Source of the DNA: Thermoplasmata archaeon
GTDB lineage: Archaea > Thermoplasmatota > Thermoplasmata > RBG-16-68-12 > JAFNFQ01
Direction: 5' to 3'
Assembly (NCBI GenBank): GCA_041489255.1
Contig: JBGPQV010000001.1
Coordinates: 64,001-128,000, forward strand
DNA length: 64,000 nucleotides
Shown: in pieces, positions 1 to 9,928 of the stretch
Layout of the letters: each line of letters begins with the position of its first letter
Position numbering within the stretch: position 1 is the first letter of the stretch
Notes under the pieces: generated by a model
Told to the model about the DNA's origin: nothing
Databases searched by the model: none
The model's input: only the letters and a program-made list of their open reading frames with translations
Program-made: the position numbers and the translations under genes

Positions 1-663
1 GAAGCGATTGACATCCCTGGCATTATGGCACACAGCATCCAAGAAGGGATAGAGCAGTGCGGTGGTATTCCGACATCCCTCGATCTGCTGGGGGAATGCA
101 TCGAACAAGTCGTGAGGCATTTCGTGGATGACCTGTTGGCGGCTGTCGAAGATAGATTGACTAAGATAATCGATGTGACTCTCTATGTTCAGGGGGCCTT
201 GATGTTTGAGGGAGTGGCGGGGGTGGGGGCTAGATTATCGCTCACCGTCGAGGGGGAAGGATTGTTGGAGCTTTTCGCGTTCATCGCGGACAACATCAGA
301 GGGCTCCTCGATTGCATCTTCGATGGTGTGTGCCTGATACACATGGAGAACGCCCCCAAGAAAATCGGGGAGCATATCTTCATCACCTTGGGGATTTTCA
401 TGAATGTCCAGGCGCCGACATTCATCCCGCTTGCCTTACCCGTCGGCGGGAGCGCGGAAGTCGCTGTCACATTCGGCATAGGGGCCAACTTGGCTCTGCT
501 AGGGAGAATAGTCGGACGCGACTTGGGCGCATGGGAGATTGATTTCGGCATGGTGATTGAGGATCTCCCTGCTTCAATGGCGCCCGAGCTCTTCGGGGCC
601 GGCGTCGAACGGGGCGACCTGTGGATATTCAAGGGGACGGTGACGGCTCCGCGGCCCCCTTGA
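1..663 (+). CDS. C-terminal part of a hypothetical protein (5'-truncated by window edge)
   Basis: Frame is open from base 1 (GAA GCG ATT...) to TGA 661-663; no recognised motif. Confidence 0.7.
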   Translation, partial: EAIDIPGIMAHSIQEGIEQCGGIPTSLDLLGECIEQVVRHFVDDLLAAVEDRLTKIIDVTLYVQGALMFEGVAGVGARLSLTVEGEGLLELFAFIADNIRGLLDCIFDGVCLIHMENAPKKIGEHIFITLGIFMNVQAPTFIPLALPVGGSAEVAVTFGIGANLALLGRIVGRDLGAWEIDFGMVIEDLPASMAPELFGAGVERGDLWIFKGTVTAPRPP

Positions 664-712
664 GCTCGTCATTGACTCTCCTTGGCGGGTAGACTTAAAT
701 AACTCGAGATTC

Positions 713-2062
713 GTGCGACGGGTCGTGCCCACGCTGGCCTTGGACTTCCTGAACGACCTCAGCATGTTCGCAGTCGATTGGCTGCCGGTGATAATCGCAG
801 TCGCATTCCTCATGGCTCTGATGATGTGGTTCCTCGCATGGGCATCGAGGTACTTCGAGTACCTGAAGATGCTGGAGAGTCCCGTATTCGACAAGGAGAC
901 TCTTGATTTCATTCACAAGGTCCTTCAAGCGATCTGGGTCAGCTGCCTGGCGCTCCTGATTTTTGTCGTCCTCTCATTCCGCGTCGTCGAGATCAAGACC
1001 GCCCTCTCCGTCTTCTTCGGTCGGATGCCCGCCCTTTTCTTCGTCATCTTCGTGATTTTCATCGCGGCAATAATAGTCAGGGCCCTCCACAGGTTCGCAT
1101 CGTACCTCAGGGGCGACTTGAAACTGAAGCCCCGTAGGATCGCGCCGCCAAGGGCTCTCGCATTCACCGAGATGGTCTTGAAATACCTCATCTACACCAT
1201 CGCCGGCGTGGTTGCCTTTATAGGGGGCATCGGTTCGCTTCCTTCCGAGGACCAGCCGTACAAGGACCTTGTGTTCTCCTACATAAAGGTCCCAGAACCC
1301 GCTGTCGTCCTAGGATTCGTCGTCGCGCTCCTCGGGATATTCGTGGCATCTCGCTTCGTGGACTCGCTGTTCGAGGACATGAAGAAGCGCAGCACGAAGT
1401 TCACGCCGAGGGTCATAGAGGAGCTGAAGTCCACCGCCAGATACGCCGTCTACATCATCGGCGCGGTAATCATTTTCATCCTGGCGGTGAGTCTGCTCCT
1501 GCAGGGCGAGCAGCTGCTCGTTTTCGTCGTGGCGGTGATTTTCATCAGCCTAGTGGCCGCCCTCACCGGATTCGAGGCCATGAAGAACGGTCTGGCGGGA
1601 GTGACCCTAATGCTCGCAAACCCCTTCGACGCGGGTGATCGCATCAGGATGGGGAACGGCGAGGAGTCCAAGGTCGAGTCCATGGGGCTGATGATGACTC
1701 AGATCAGGACGCTTGGCGGCGAGTTGATCAGCATCCCGAACACCGAGATGCTGAAGAAGGAAATCCTCAACCTCACGAGGTCCGCGAGCGGGGTCATTAT
1801 CATCAAAGTGTCGATGGATTTCTCGGCACCCTACCACAAGGTCCAAGCGGCCCTTCTCGATGCGGCTCAGAAGACGGCCGGCGTCGAGCAGAAGCCGATC
1901 CCGCAAATCCTGAACAAGGATGTCCGCGGCCATACCATGATCTACCAATTGACGGCCTATACGAAGGACGTGCTGCGGACTGAGGAGATCAAGAGCGAGC
2001 TCATCGCGAATATCCAGGAAGTATTCTACCGGGAAGGTATCAACCCCGTCAGCTCAGAATGA
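713..2062 (+). CDS. MscS-family mechanosensitive ion channel with extra N-terminal TM hairpins
   Basis: Multiple TM helices, then NGLAGVTLMLANPFDAGDRI...IPNT MscS signature; exact start uncertain. Confidence 0.9.
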   Translation: MRRVVPTLALDFLNDLSMFAVDWLPVIIAVAFLMALMMWFLAWASRYFEYLKMLESPVFDKETLDFIHKVLQAIWVSCLALLIFVVLSFRVVEIKTALSVFFGRMPALFFVIFVIFIAAIIVRALHRFASYLRGDLKLKPRRIAPPRALAFTEMVLKYLIYTIAGVVAFIGGIGSLPSEDQPYKDLVFSYIKVPEPAVVLGFVVALLGIFVASRFVDSLFEDMKKRSTKFTPRVIEELKSTARYAVYIIGAVIIFILAVSLLLQGEQLLVFVVAVIFISLVAALTGFEAMKNGLAGVTLMLANPFDAGDRIRMGNGEESKVESMGLMMTQIRTLGGELISIPNTEMLKKEILNLTRSASGVIIIKVSMDFSAPYHKVQAALLDAAQKTAGVEQKPIPQILNKDVRGHTMIYQLTAYTKDVLRTEEIKSELIANIQEVFYREGINPVSSE

Positions 2063-4396
2063 CAGTTCTCTCACACCCTTCCTGAAGAGTATCACAGGCT
2101 TGTCGAGAACCTTGGCAAGTCTCTCCTCCAGAGGTGAGAGCATCAACCTGCGCGTTCCTTTGGGCGTCGGCGAACTCATCATGACCAAGTCGCAGTCGGC
2201 GCTCTCTCGTCTCACCTCCGCCTCCAGCTCCTTCGCGACCACGGTCTTCTGTTCGACCCGTATGCCCGCCGCTCGGCACATCTCGGTGAACGGTCGCACG
2301 GCCTTGACTGATTGCTCGATCTCCTGCTCCTGACCCGCAACGATCAAGAGTTTGATCTCAGCTCGCGCGTTCTTCGCGACTGTCAGAATTATATCAGAGA
2401 TTCCTTCGAGAGTGAATGAAGGACCTGCCAACGCCATGACCCTCTCCAGCTTCTCCCCGAAACCAGTCGTCTTGAACACAACGACATCGCAGGGAGCCGT
2501 CTCAATCAGGTAGTCGATGTTGCTGCCCAAGATTCGCCCCTGGGTCCCCCGCCCACCCCGCCACCCGAGCACGAGCAGGTTGACATCCTCCTCCGAGAGA
2601 GTGTCCACAATTATCTCGTAGACCTTATGACCGATTTTCACCGAGGCCCTCGCATCGACGCCCTCTTTCCCCGCCATTTTCGTGAGCCGTTGCAGTTCCT
2701 TGATCCTGTCATTGACGAAGGAGAACTTGATTGCCTTCGGCGGGAGGTTGCGGGGAATCTCGACAACGTTGAGAAGGCTCAATTCACCCCCACGATTCTT
2801 GGCGATCTGGGCGCCAAATCTCACGAGGTTGAGGTCAGTGAACTCCTTCAGCGGCAGGAAGACACGGTAGCGCTGCAGGTCTATCTCTTTCCTCTCGGTC
2901 GCGAGGATGTCTGAAAGGTCGGCCTTTCTGGCGCCCTCGGCCGTGCCGACGAGCTGCTTTCCACCAGCGAAGAAGTGATAGAACATCCCCGCCGTGATCC
3001 ACATGATAACCACATACCAGGCAATCCTCCCGGGGGCCAGCATCTCTGACCCGAACGCGGGGAAAGCCCAGAGAGACCCCGCCAACGCAAGGTTGGCGAC
3101 TATCCCGATGGCGGGAAGAAGGGGGACGAGCGGCACCCTGAAGCCACGCGGCGCTTCCCTGTCCCGGCGATGGATGGCTACCAGAGCCGCATCGACCAGA
3201 GCGAAGAGTATCAAATAGAGGATGCTCGCAACCATTGCCATCTGAGGTATGTCCAGCAGTAAAACGAACATGGAAGCGAGGAGGCCGCTTGCCAGCACCG
3301 GGGGGTTCGGCATTCTCCCGCCACGCTGCCCTTCACCGAGCCGCTTGAACAGCACTCCGTCCTTTGCCATCACGAAAGACAATCTCGCCGCGGAAGACAG
3401 GTTATTGCCCACGGCCGTGACCATTGCCACAACTCCCGCGACCAGCAGCAGAACAGCGCCGCCCGGACCGAGATTCTTGAGCGCAAGAGAGGCGAAGCTG
3501 AGCTCTGCACGAGGGCCTGTGAGTGTGCAGGCGGCCAAGCTGCCAGAACAGCCGTATCTCGCCAATGATAGAAGGGAGGCCTCTAACAACACGTAGAGGA
3601 GCACGACCAGCCCCACGGAGATGAGAATGCCCCGGGGGATCGTTTTGTGCGGCTGTTTTACCTCCGTCGCAGAGAGAGCGATTATTTCGTAGCCTTCGTA
3701 GGCGACGAAAATAAAGGCTATTGCCAGAGGAATCCCAGCCCATCCGCTCGTTCCCAAGAAGTTCATTTCCGCGCCAACGGATGGCACGGATGGCGGGTTG
3801 ACGAACGCAACAACAAACGCCACAGTCAGGAACGCCAGCACCAGAACCGTCTTGACTATCAGCCCCCATGGCAGGCGTCGTGCCCTGATCCTGCCGCGAA
3901 TGCCGCTTGAGGATATGAAGGCCAGAATCACCAAGAACGCTCCCACCTTGAGGGCTGCCACGTACGTCGGATCGGAGAGGAACGATGCCATTCTGATTGC
4001 TCCCGCCCAATCCAAGAGTGCGGCCACCCCGTACAGCACAAACGCCGACAAGCTCATGGCGGAGAGGGCAAGCGCGGCCGAGTGTCCAGCCCAAGCCGTC
4101 CAGCCGGCAAGAAAACCCGAGGGCGGGGGAAGACCTTCCTTGACCCATGTATAGCCACCGCCAGCCCTCGGATACTTGGATGCCAACTCTGCATACGAGA
4201 CCGCAGTCAGCAGAACCACAAGCCCGGCAGCAGCAAGAGCCAAGAGGGTCGACAGGCCAGCGACTTGGGTCGCGGGGGCGAGTAATACGAATATCCCGGC
4301 CCCTACCATGGCACCTACCCCAAGGCCAACGACGTCGGCGAGGCCAAGATCCCTAGAGACCTCTACCCGCACTCCGTCTCTCGGTTCTCCAGCCAT
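2054..4396 (-). CDS. APC-family amino acid permease fused to universal stress protein (USP) domains
   Basis: GAMVGAGIF, SYAELASKYPRAGGGY, AYEGYE; C-terminal LLVLGWRG...LGSNIDYLIETAPCDVVV USP motif; start taken at MAGEP. Confidence 0.92.
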   Translation of the reverse strand: MAGEPRDGVRVEVSRDLGLADVVGLGVGAMVGAGIFVLLAPATQVAGLSTLLALAAAGLVVLLTAVSYAELASKYPRAGGGYTWVKEGLPPPSGFLAGWTAWAGHSAALALSAMSLSAFVLYGVAALLDWAGAIRMASFLSDPTYVAALKVGAFLVILAFISSSGIRGRIRARRLPWGLIVKTVLVLAFLTVAFVVAFVNPPSVPSVGAEMNFLGTSGWAGIPLAIAFIFVAYEGYEIIALSATEVKQPHKTIPRGILISVGLVVLLYVLLEASLLSLARYGCSGSLAACTLTGPRAELSFASLALKNLGPGGAVLLLVAGVVAMVTAVGNNLSSAARLSFVMAKDGVLFKRLGEGQRGGRMPNPPVLASGLLASMFVLLLDIPQMAMVASILYLILFALVDAALVAIHRRDREAPRGFRVPLVPLLPAIGIVANLALAGSLWAFPAFGSEMLAPGRIAWYVVIMWITAGMFYHFFAGGKQLVGTAEGARKADLSDILATERKEIDLQRYRVFLPLKEFTDLNLVRFGAQIAKNRGGELSLLNVVEIPRNLPPKAIKFSFVNDRIKELQRLTKMAGKEGVDARASVKIGHKVYEIIVDTLSEEDVNLLVLGWRGGRGTQGRILGSNIDYLIETAPCDVVVFKTTGFGEKLERVMALAGPSFTLEGISDIILTVAKNARAEIKLLIVAGQEQEIEQSVKAVRPFTEMCRAAGIRVEQKTVVAKELEAEVRRESADCDLVMMSSPTPKGTRRLMLSPLEERLAKVLDKPVILFRKGVRELSF

Positions 4397-4487
4397 ATTG
4401 CCGCACTGACACTTCACCGCCAATTAAAGGCTTGCGGGTGTCGATGAGGCTGTTGCCAGAGTTGAGAACACCCCGGCAATCTGATGG

Positions 4488-4538
4488 AGAAAAGACATGG
4501 TTTATATGCGGTCGGGGCATCTACCGCATAATAGGTGA
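4488..4538 (+). promoter_or_regulatory. Promoter (purine-rich BRE, TATA TTTATATG at 4501) and SD GGTGA for trxA
   Basis: AGAAAAGACATGG-TTTATATG, then GGTGA at 4534-4538, 4 nt before ATG 4543. Confidence 0.65.
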
Positions 4539-4542
4539 ATAG

Positions 4543-4869
4543 ATGGCATCCGATGCCATAGTTGAGGTCACCGACGCCAACTTCGACAAGGTCATCAAGG
4601 AGAATCCGGTGGTCGTGGTTGACTTCTGGGCGGTGTGGTGCATGCCCTGCAAAGTGATCGCGCCCTACATCGAGGACCTGGCCAAGAGATACGCGGGCAA
4701 AGCCGTGTTCGCCAAGCTGGACGCGGACCCGAATCCCGTGAAGATGCGGGAGTACGGGGTCATGGGCGTGCCGACTCTCCTCTTCTTCAAGAACGGCAAG
4801 CTCGTGGACAACATAGTCGGAGCGGTCCCGAAGGCGCAGATCGAATCGAAGCTGAAGAAATATCTCTAG
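4543..4869 (+). CDS. trxA: Thioredoxin
   Basis: VDFWAVWCMPCK active site, 108 aa, cis-Pro VPT motif. Confidence 0.96.
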   Translation: MASDAIVEVTDANFDKVIKENPVVVVDFWAVWCMPCKVIAPYIEDLAKRYAGKAVFAKLDADPNPVKMREYGVMGVPTLLFFKNGKLVDNIVGAVPKAQIESKLKKYL

Positions 4870-4929
4870 TAACCAGCCCGCAAGAGTTATAACCGAGGTT
4901 GACAATGAAATCACCCCGGGGAATCAGAA

Positions 4930-5649
4930 CTGGCAGAGAAGGACAAGAGAGTCACCTGTCCCGAATGCGGGGCGTTCGTCAAGTCCATCAACCTGGAGTC
5001 TCACCTCAAGGAAGTCCACAAGACGAAGATGAAGAAGCAAGACAAGGCTGGTGCTGCGGGCGAGAAGCCCGGATCCAAGAAACCCAAGGCTTCGGTCGTC
5101 GCATTCCCATGGAAGTGGGTCGGCGTGGGGGCCGTCGCCCTCATCATCATACTCTCCGTGATAGTAATCAGGCCATTGCTCCCAGGAGGCGGCTCAACGA
5201 ACCCCAACGTACCCGAAGAATGCATAGAGGGCAAGACTCTCAAGATTGATTTCGACGTGAGCCTCCATATATTCATCACCGACGACCACCGGAACAACTA
5301 CACCCAACTCATACCCAACGGCATCGGAACCGACCCGATAGATGGCCAATCGTGCACGAGACGGCTGCATACCGGATATGACTACAATACGAGCTACCAG
5401 GCTGCGAGGATCCATGTCCAATCGCCAAACGAGAGGGACTTCACGCTGGGAGACTTCTTCGTCATATGGAACAACCAGACGCTCGGACCGGATAAAGTCC
5501 TCAGCTTCTGGCTATCCTCCGGGTGGAGGATAGTTTTCAAAGTCAACGGGGCCGTCCTGGATGACACGGACACCAACCCGGGATACCACTACGAGACCTT
5601 CAGACTTATCGCGGATCAAGATATCGTGTTCTATGTCTCCCATCCGTGA
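4930..5649 (+). CDS. C2H2 zinc-finger / single-TM / extracytoplasmic domain protein (probable CTG start)
   Basis: Frame of ORF 5029..5649 extends upstream through CPECGAFVKSINLESHLKEVH to CTG 4930 after GGGGA; in-frame stop at 4906. Confidence 0.8.
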   Translation: MAEKDKRVTCPECGAFVKSINLESHLKEVHKTKMKKQDKAGAAGEKPGSKKPKASVVAFPWKWVGVGAVALIIILSVIVIRPLLPGGGSTNPNVPEECIEGKTLKIDFDVSLHIFITDDHRNNYTQLIPNGIGTDPIDGQSCTRRLHTGYDYNTSYQAARIHVQSPNERDFTLGDFFVIWNNQTLGPDKVLSFWLSSGWRIVFKVNGAVLDDTDTNPGYHYETFRLIADQDIVFYVSHP

Positions 5650-5758
5650 TTGAAGTGAAGTTTCTCGGTTATCCAGCTTGAGAATCAGTGAAAATAACCA
5701 GCTCTGGCCCCTTTAATACACCCCCCGTCCAATAAAGAGTCAAGAGGAGGTGTAAGAA

Positions 5759-6103
5759 CTGGATCCTCTAGAAGCATCGCGAATCGTGACTGATGAGTAC
5801 TCGGCAAAGATACTCGTCGCCACCTTCAAGAGACCCCGGTCCGCGATCGAACTCAGCAGGGAATACGGGATACCGATCGCCGCCTGTTATAGGCGCATAC
5901 ACGCGCTGGAGAACGCCGGCCTCATCAGGTGTGTCGAGAGGGCCTTGACGCAGAAGGGCAAGAGGATAAGCCTTTACCTGTCGCAGCTGAGGAACGCTTA
6001 CATCTTCTTCGAGAACGGACGGCTCAGAGTCCGCTTCCAGTTGAGCAACGGATTGATCAGGGATTTCGGAGGCGACTGGAAGGCCGTGGATGTGATGCAG
6101 TGA
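5759..6103 (+). CDS. Winged helix-turn-helix (ArsR-like) transcriptional regulator (probable CTG start)
   Basis: SAIELSREYGIPIAACYRRIHALENAGLI HTH; GGAGGTG SD 6 nt before in-frame CTG 5759. Confidence 0.88.
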   Translation: MDPLEASRIVTDEYSAKILVATFKRPRSAIELSREYGIPIAACYRRIHALENAGLIRCVERALTQKGKRISLYLSQLRNAYIFFENGRLRVRFQLSNGLIRDFGGDWKAVDVMQ

Positions 6104-6136
6104 TTTCGCGCTTAAACCCCTCCTCCACAACCCATG

Positions 6137-6232
6137 GGCAGGCCCGAGCAAGGCTCGGCCTGCCTCTTTATTGCCTATGACCCCTCCTCAACCCCATGGG
6201 TTCACCTAACCGGTGAACCCAAACTATTTTTT
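6137..6232 (+). terminator. Two GC-rich hairpins, each followed by a T-rich tract (3' UTR/terminator)
   Basis: GGCAGGCCCGAGC-AAG-GCTCGGCCTGCC (6137-6164) then TCTTTATT; TGGGTTCACC-N5-GGTGAACCCA (6197-6221) then TATTTTTT. Confidence 0.6.
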
Positions 6233-6260
6233 CTAATAGAAGTAACGTATTGGGTGCACC

Positions 6261-6476
6261 ATGGACCGCGAACGGCTCAAGTACCTGATGCGCGAGGTTC
6301 TTGGAGTCGACGTCGACGGGGTCGTCGGCCGGATAATGGCTGACCTCTCGATCAAGCAGGCGAAGAGGACGGCCGAGTACACCAAGGAATGGAAGAGATA
6401 CATGAAGAAGGAGGGTGGCCTCGTGGTGATGCCGAGGAACGTCACCGAGGTCGGCCGCAAGCGGAGACGGGCCTAG
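6261..6476 (+). CDS. Small basic hypothetical protein
   Basis: 71-aa ORF with host-like codon usage and GGTG just upstream; fills the gap before pyrB. Confidence 0.6.
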   Translation: MDRERLKYLMREVLGVDVDGVVGRIMADLSIKQAKRTAEYTKEWKRYMKKEGGLVVMPRNVTEVGRKRRRA

Positions 6477-6516
6477 CTCGCTACATTTATCTCCCGCCAT
6501 CCCCTTCCCGCGCACA

Positions 6517-7449
6517 ATGTCGTCGTTCGAAGGCCTAGATGTCATCTCGATCTCGGATTTCTCGAAAGAAGACGTGATGAGGGTCCTGAAGACCGCCAAG
6601 GGGATGGTGCCCATGGCGACGGGCAGGAAGCCGGACAGATCCCTCGAGGGGAAGATAATGTCCGCCCTCTTTTTCGAACCCAGCACGCGGACTCGACTTT
6701 CCTTCGAGAGCGCGATGAAGAGACTTGGCGGTGGCGTGCTCGGCTTCGCCCAGCCCGAGGGCACCTCGATAATGAAGGGCGAGACTCTGGCGGACACTGT
6801 CAGGATGGTCGATGCCTACTCGGACGTGGTAGTCATCCGGCACCCCCATGAAGGGGCGGCGCGGCTCGCGGCAGACTTCGCATCCAAGCCCGTCATCAAT
6901 GCAGGTGATGGTGCGGGCCAGCATCCCACGCAAACGCTTCTCGACTTATATACGATCTGGGAAGGGCTCGGGAAGCTGGATGGCGTCAACATCGCCCTTG
7001 TCGGCGACCTGAAGTATGGAAGGACCGTGCACTCGCTGACCACGGCGCTGTCAATGTTCCGCACCAACCTCAGCTTCGTCGCACCGCCGTCTCTCCAGAT
7101 GCCGAGGGAACTGATAGACCAGGTCAAGGAGAAGGGGCTACCTCTGAAGATGACCCACGACATCCGCGATGTCATCAACGATGTCGACGTGCTCTACGTC
7201 ACGAGGATCCAGAAAGAGAGGTTCCCGGATCCGCAGGAGTATGCAAAGGTGGCGGGTACCTACCGAATCGATATACCCCTGTTGCGCGATGTGAAGAAGA
7301 ACCTCATGATCATGCACCCCCTGCCGCGCGTTGACGAGATTGCAGCAGAAGTGGACGAGACCCCCTACGCGAGATATTTCCAGCAGGCTCTCAACGGTGT
7401 GTCGGTCAGGATGGCCCTACTGTCGCTCATACTGGGGGGGACCAAATGA
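6517..7449 (+). CDS. pyrB: Aspartate carbamoyltransferase catalytic subunit
   Basis: [27 protein letters not shown] motifs. Confidence 0.98.
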   Translation: MSSFEGLDVISISDFSKEDVMRVLKTAKGMVPMATGRKPDRSLEGKIMSALFFEPSTRTRLSFESAMKRLGGGVLGFAQPEGTSIMKGETLADTVRMVDAYSDVVVIRHPHEGAARLAADFASKPVINAGDGAGQHPTQTLLDLYTIWEGLGKLDGVNIALVGDLKYGRTVHSLTTALSMFRTNLSFVAPPSLQMPRELIDQVKEKGLPLKMTHDIRDVINDVDVLYVTRIQKERFPDPQEYAKVAGTYRIDIPLLRDVKKNLMIMHPLPRVDEIAAEVDETPYARYFQQALNGVSVRMALLSLILGGTK

Positions 7450-7901
7450 GAGAGCTTCGCGTGCAGCCGATCAAGAACGGTACGGTCATCGACCACATAC
7501 CTTCGGGCATGGCCCTGAAGGTCCTGAAGATTCTTGGAATAAGCGGCAACGTCGCGTCGACGGTGACCGTCGCCATGCACGTCGCGAGCGCGAAGATGAA
7601 GTGGAAAGATATAGTGAAGGTGGAGGATAGGGAACTCAACCCGCGCGAGGTCGACAAAATCTGCCTCATTGCCCCCTCAGCGACTGTCAACGTCATCAGG
7701 AACTACAATGTCGCGGAGAAGAGGCGCGTCTCACTGCCGGAAAGGGCCGTGGGAATCCTCAAGTGCGGCAATCCCAACTGCATCACGAACCAGAGGGAGC
7801 CTGTGGAAACGGTGTTTATAGTCGGCAGCAAGACGCCCCTGCTACTGAGATGCAGGTACTGCGACCGCATGCTCGAGGACGTCGCCGCCGCGATCGTTTG
7901 A
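7446..7901 (+). CDS. pyrI: Aspartate carbamoyltransferase regulatory subunit
   Basis: [19 protein letters not shown]...CRYC zinc site; overlaps pyrB stop. Confidence 0.97.
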   Translation: MRELRVQPIKNGTVIDHIPSGMALKVLKILGISGNVASTVTVAMHVASAKMKWKDIVKVEDRELNPREVDKICLIAPSATVNVIRNYNVAEKRRVSLPERAVGILKCGNPNCITNQREPVETVFIVGSKTPLLLRCRYCDRMLEDVAAAIV

Positions 7902-7982
7902 GCGCGACAGATCGGCGTCCTTGCCCCGACCGAAGCATTAATCTACTCGATTCTGCTTTCTGGTTATAGGGATGGTGAGAAG

Positions 7983-8267
7983 TTGCTCGAAGAAGTTTCC
8001 GAGCTCATCGGCCTGCAGGTCTACACGAACAACGGCGTTTTCCTCGGCAACGTGAACAACCTTGTAGTTGACGTCGACAACGGCCTCGTGGAAGGCGTAT
8101 TCGTCGGGGAGACGAATCCGCTCCTTGTCGAGGGTTCCAAGGCCGTAAGCGTGCCCTATAGGTGGGTGCAGAGCGTCGGAGACATCGTGATCCTGAGGTA
8201 TTTCCCCAAGCGGGTCAGCCTTAAGAAATCCCCGTCGTCCGCGAAGACACCGGAGTCGAAGAAGTAG
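7983..8267 (+). CDS. PRC-barrel domain protein (CdpB-like)
   Basis: ELIGLQVYTNNGVFLGNV...VPYRWVQSVGDIVIL; SD GGTGA before TTG. Confidence 0.88.
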   Translation: MLEEVSELIGLQVYTNNGVFLGNVNNLVVDVDNGLVEGVFVGETNPLLVEGSKAVSVPYRWVQSVGDIVILRYFPKRVSLKKSPSSAKTPESKK

Positions 8268-8361
8268 CCGGAGCCGTATTTGCACAACCTTTTTCATCCA
8301 GCAGGCTTTCGCGCAGCGATAGCCATCTGAGGACAATCTCGACCGAGCGGGAGAGTGGCGC

Positions 8362-8760
8362 ATGAAGCTCCGCTTCGAATTGTTGGAAGTCAGCAAGCTG
8401 AAGAGCCATGAGGAGATCAGACCGGAGTTGCTTGACAGCCTGGTGAGAGAGATCCAGGCCGACGGTTACCTCAGGAAGCCCGTCCTCGTGGAAGACCGCC
8501 ACTACGTAATCCTCGACGGCCACCACAGGTATGAGGCGCTCAAGAAGCTCGGCTGCAGGAAGATACCCGTGTACCTCGTCGACTACTTCGACGACGCAAT
8601 CTACCTGACCACATGGCCGGGAGCGAAACACACGCACGTGACGAAGGACGATGTTCTGAAAATGGCGGGATCTGGCGGGCTCTATCCCCCGAAAACCACG
8701 AGACACATCGTAAACATCGAGCTGAGAGAAGTGAAGGTGAAGCTCACCGAGCTGATGTGA
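8362..8760 (+). CDS. Stand-alone ParB/Srx (ParBc) domain protein
   Basis: LKSHEE...KPVLV...ILDGHHRYEALKKLG...IPVYLVDY. Confidence 0.88.
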   Translation: MKLRFELLEVSKLKSHEEIRPELLDSLVREIQADGYLRKPVLVEDRHYVILDGHHRYEALKKLGCRKIPVYLVDYFDDAIYLTTWPGAKHTHVTKDDVLKMAGSGGLYPPKTTRHIVNIELREVKVKLTELM

Positions 8761-8763
8761 GAT

Positions 8764-9303
8764 TCATTTCTTCGGCCTGGCACCCATTGCCTTGGTCATC
8801 ATTCTGTCGTGCTGCCCTATCTCGAACATGCAGTGCCGTGAACCGCTAGCCCTGCATTCGACCTCGAGACACATGATGTCTTCTCGCCCGGCGAGTTCTT
8901 GATAGAAACCTGCGAACACACCGCGGGTATAATCGCAAACAGGGCCTTTGGCGAGATGCTTGTTCTCCTTGAATGCGAACGCCTCAAAGGCGGTAGGCGC
9001 ATCGCACTCGATGATGACCCGCGGTTCCCGCCAGTCGGCGTCCGAGATGAAGAAGTTGCCAAAGCCCGCCTGAGAGAATATCTCGATGCAATCTGCAAGG
9101 CCTTCCGTACCGACCTTGATCATCCCTATCCTTCCCGCGGAGCTGGCGAAGCGCTTGCCTCCCTGGACACCTGCAAGATAGAGCAGTGTTGAGGCGGCTG
9201 GACCTATCGATTTCTCCAGGGAATCACGAATGGAGTAGAACGCGCCACCTATCTCGAAGAGACACATCCTCAGACCGCCGACCCTGATCTCTCCTCGCTG
9301 CAC
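8764..9303 (-). CDS. Stand-alone V4R (4-vinyl reductase) ligand-binding protein
   Basis: GFG, PVCDYTRGVFAG, EVECRASGSRHCMFEI V4R Cys/Glu motif. Confidence 0.88.
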   Translation of the reverse strand: MQRGEIRVGGLRMCLFEIGGAFYSIRDSLEKSIGPAASTLLYLAGVQGGKRFASSAGRIGMIKVGTEGLADCIEIFSQAGFGNFFISDADWREPRVIIECDAPTAFEAFAFKENKHLAKGPVCDYTRGVFAGFYQELAGREDIMCLEVECRASGSRHCMFEIGQHDRMMTKAMGARPKK

Positions 9304-9391
9304 GAAATTGGCTATGCCCTCTTCGCCGTCCGGTATCTCCTCACCCTCCGAGGCCTGACCGTGTCATATATATGCATGCCCACATATTATG

Positions 9392-9928
9392 CTATCGTCT
9401 GGAAGATGCGTGTTCCCCTGAATCCACGACGGTCTTGCCGCGTTCGGATGGGATGATCGTCAGCCTGCCCTTCACGACCCTCCTGACACCCTCCCCGCAG
9501 AGGAACCTGTCCAGAAACACAGCCACCGCCGCCACCTCGGAATGCGGCTGATTGCCGACCGCCACATTGAAGTCGGCCATTTCGTAGATCTCCGGCGGCA
9601 CCTTCTCCGCACCAACCACCACTAGAACATCTCCCTTCGGAATATTGGGGACTGCCTCGCCAATTGGAAGGCCGTACATCGTCAGGTGCACCACCGTCCC
9701 CTGCCACGCTCTCACGAGCTTCTTCCAATCCACTCCGTCCTCGATCTCGAAATCACCGCCAAAACGGGCAACCACGGACCTCACCGAGCGTACAAGGCCC
9801 GCGTCTTTGGAGGACAGAAATATCTTGTCCGCACCGAAAGCCCTGGCGGTCAAAGCCACATGCGTGGTCACGCGCTTGTCCCGTCCGATCCTGTGACCAA
9901 GGCGCAGGATTGCCAGCATCTCGTCCAC
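9392..9928 (-). CDS. trm56: tRNA (cytidine(56)-2'-O)-methyltransferase aTrm56
   Basis: LRLGHRIGRDKRVTTHVALTARAFGA, VHLTMYG, GNQPHSEVAA. Confidence 0.96.
   Translation of the reverse strand: MDEMLAILRLGHRIGRDKRVTTHVALTARAFGADKIFLSSKDAGLVRSVRSVVARFGGDFEIEDGVDWKKLVRAWQGTVVHLTMYGLPIGEAVPNIPKGDVLVVVGAEKVPPEIYEMADFNVAVGNQPHSEVAAVAVFLDRFLCGEGVRRVVKGRLTIIPSERGKTVVDSGEHASSRR

Noticed and set aside
8362-8760. ParB-like gene as sign of a plasmid/partition or defence island
   Set aside because: No ParA, HTH, integrase or modification genes nearby; embedded among housekeeping genes
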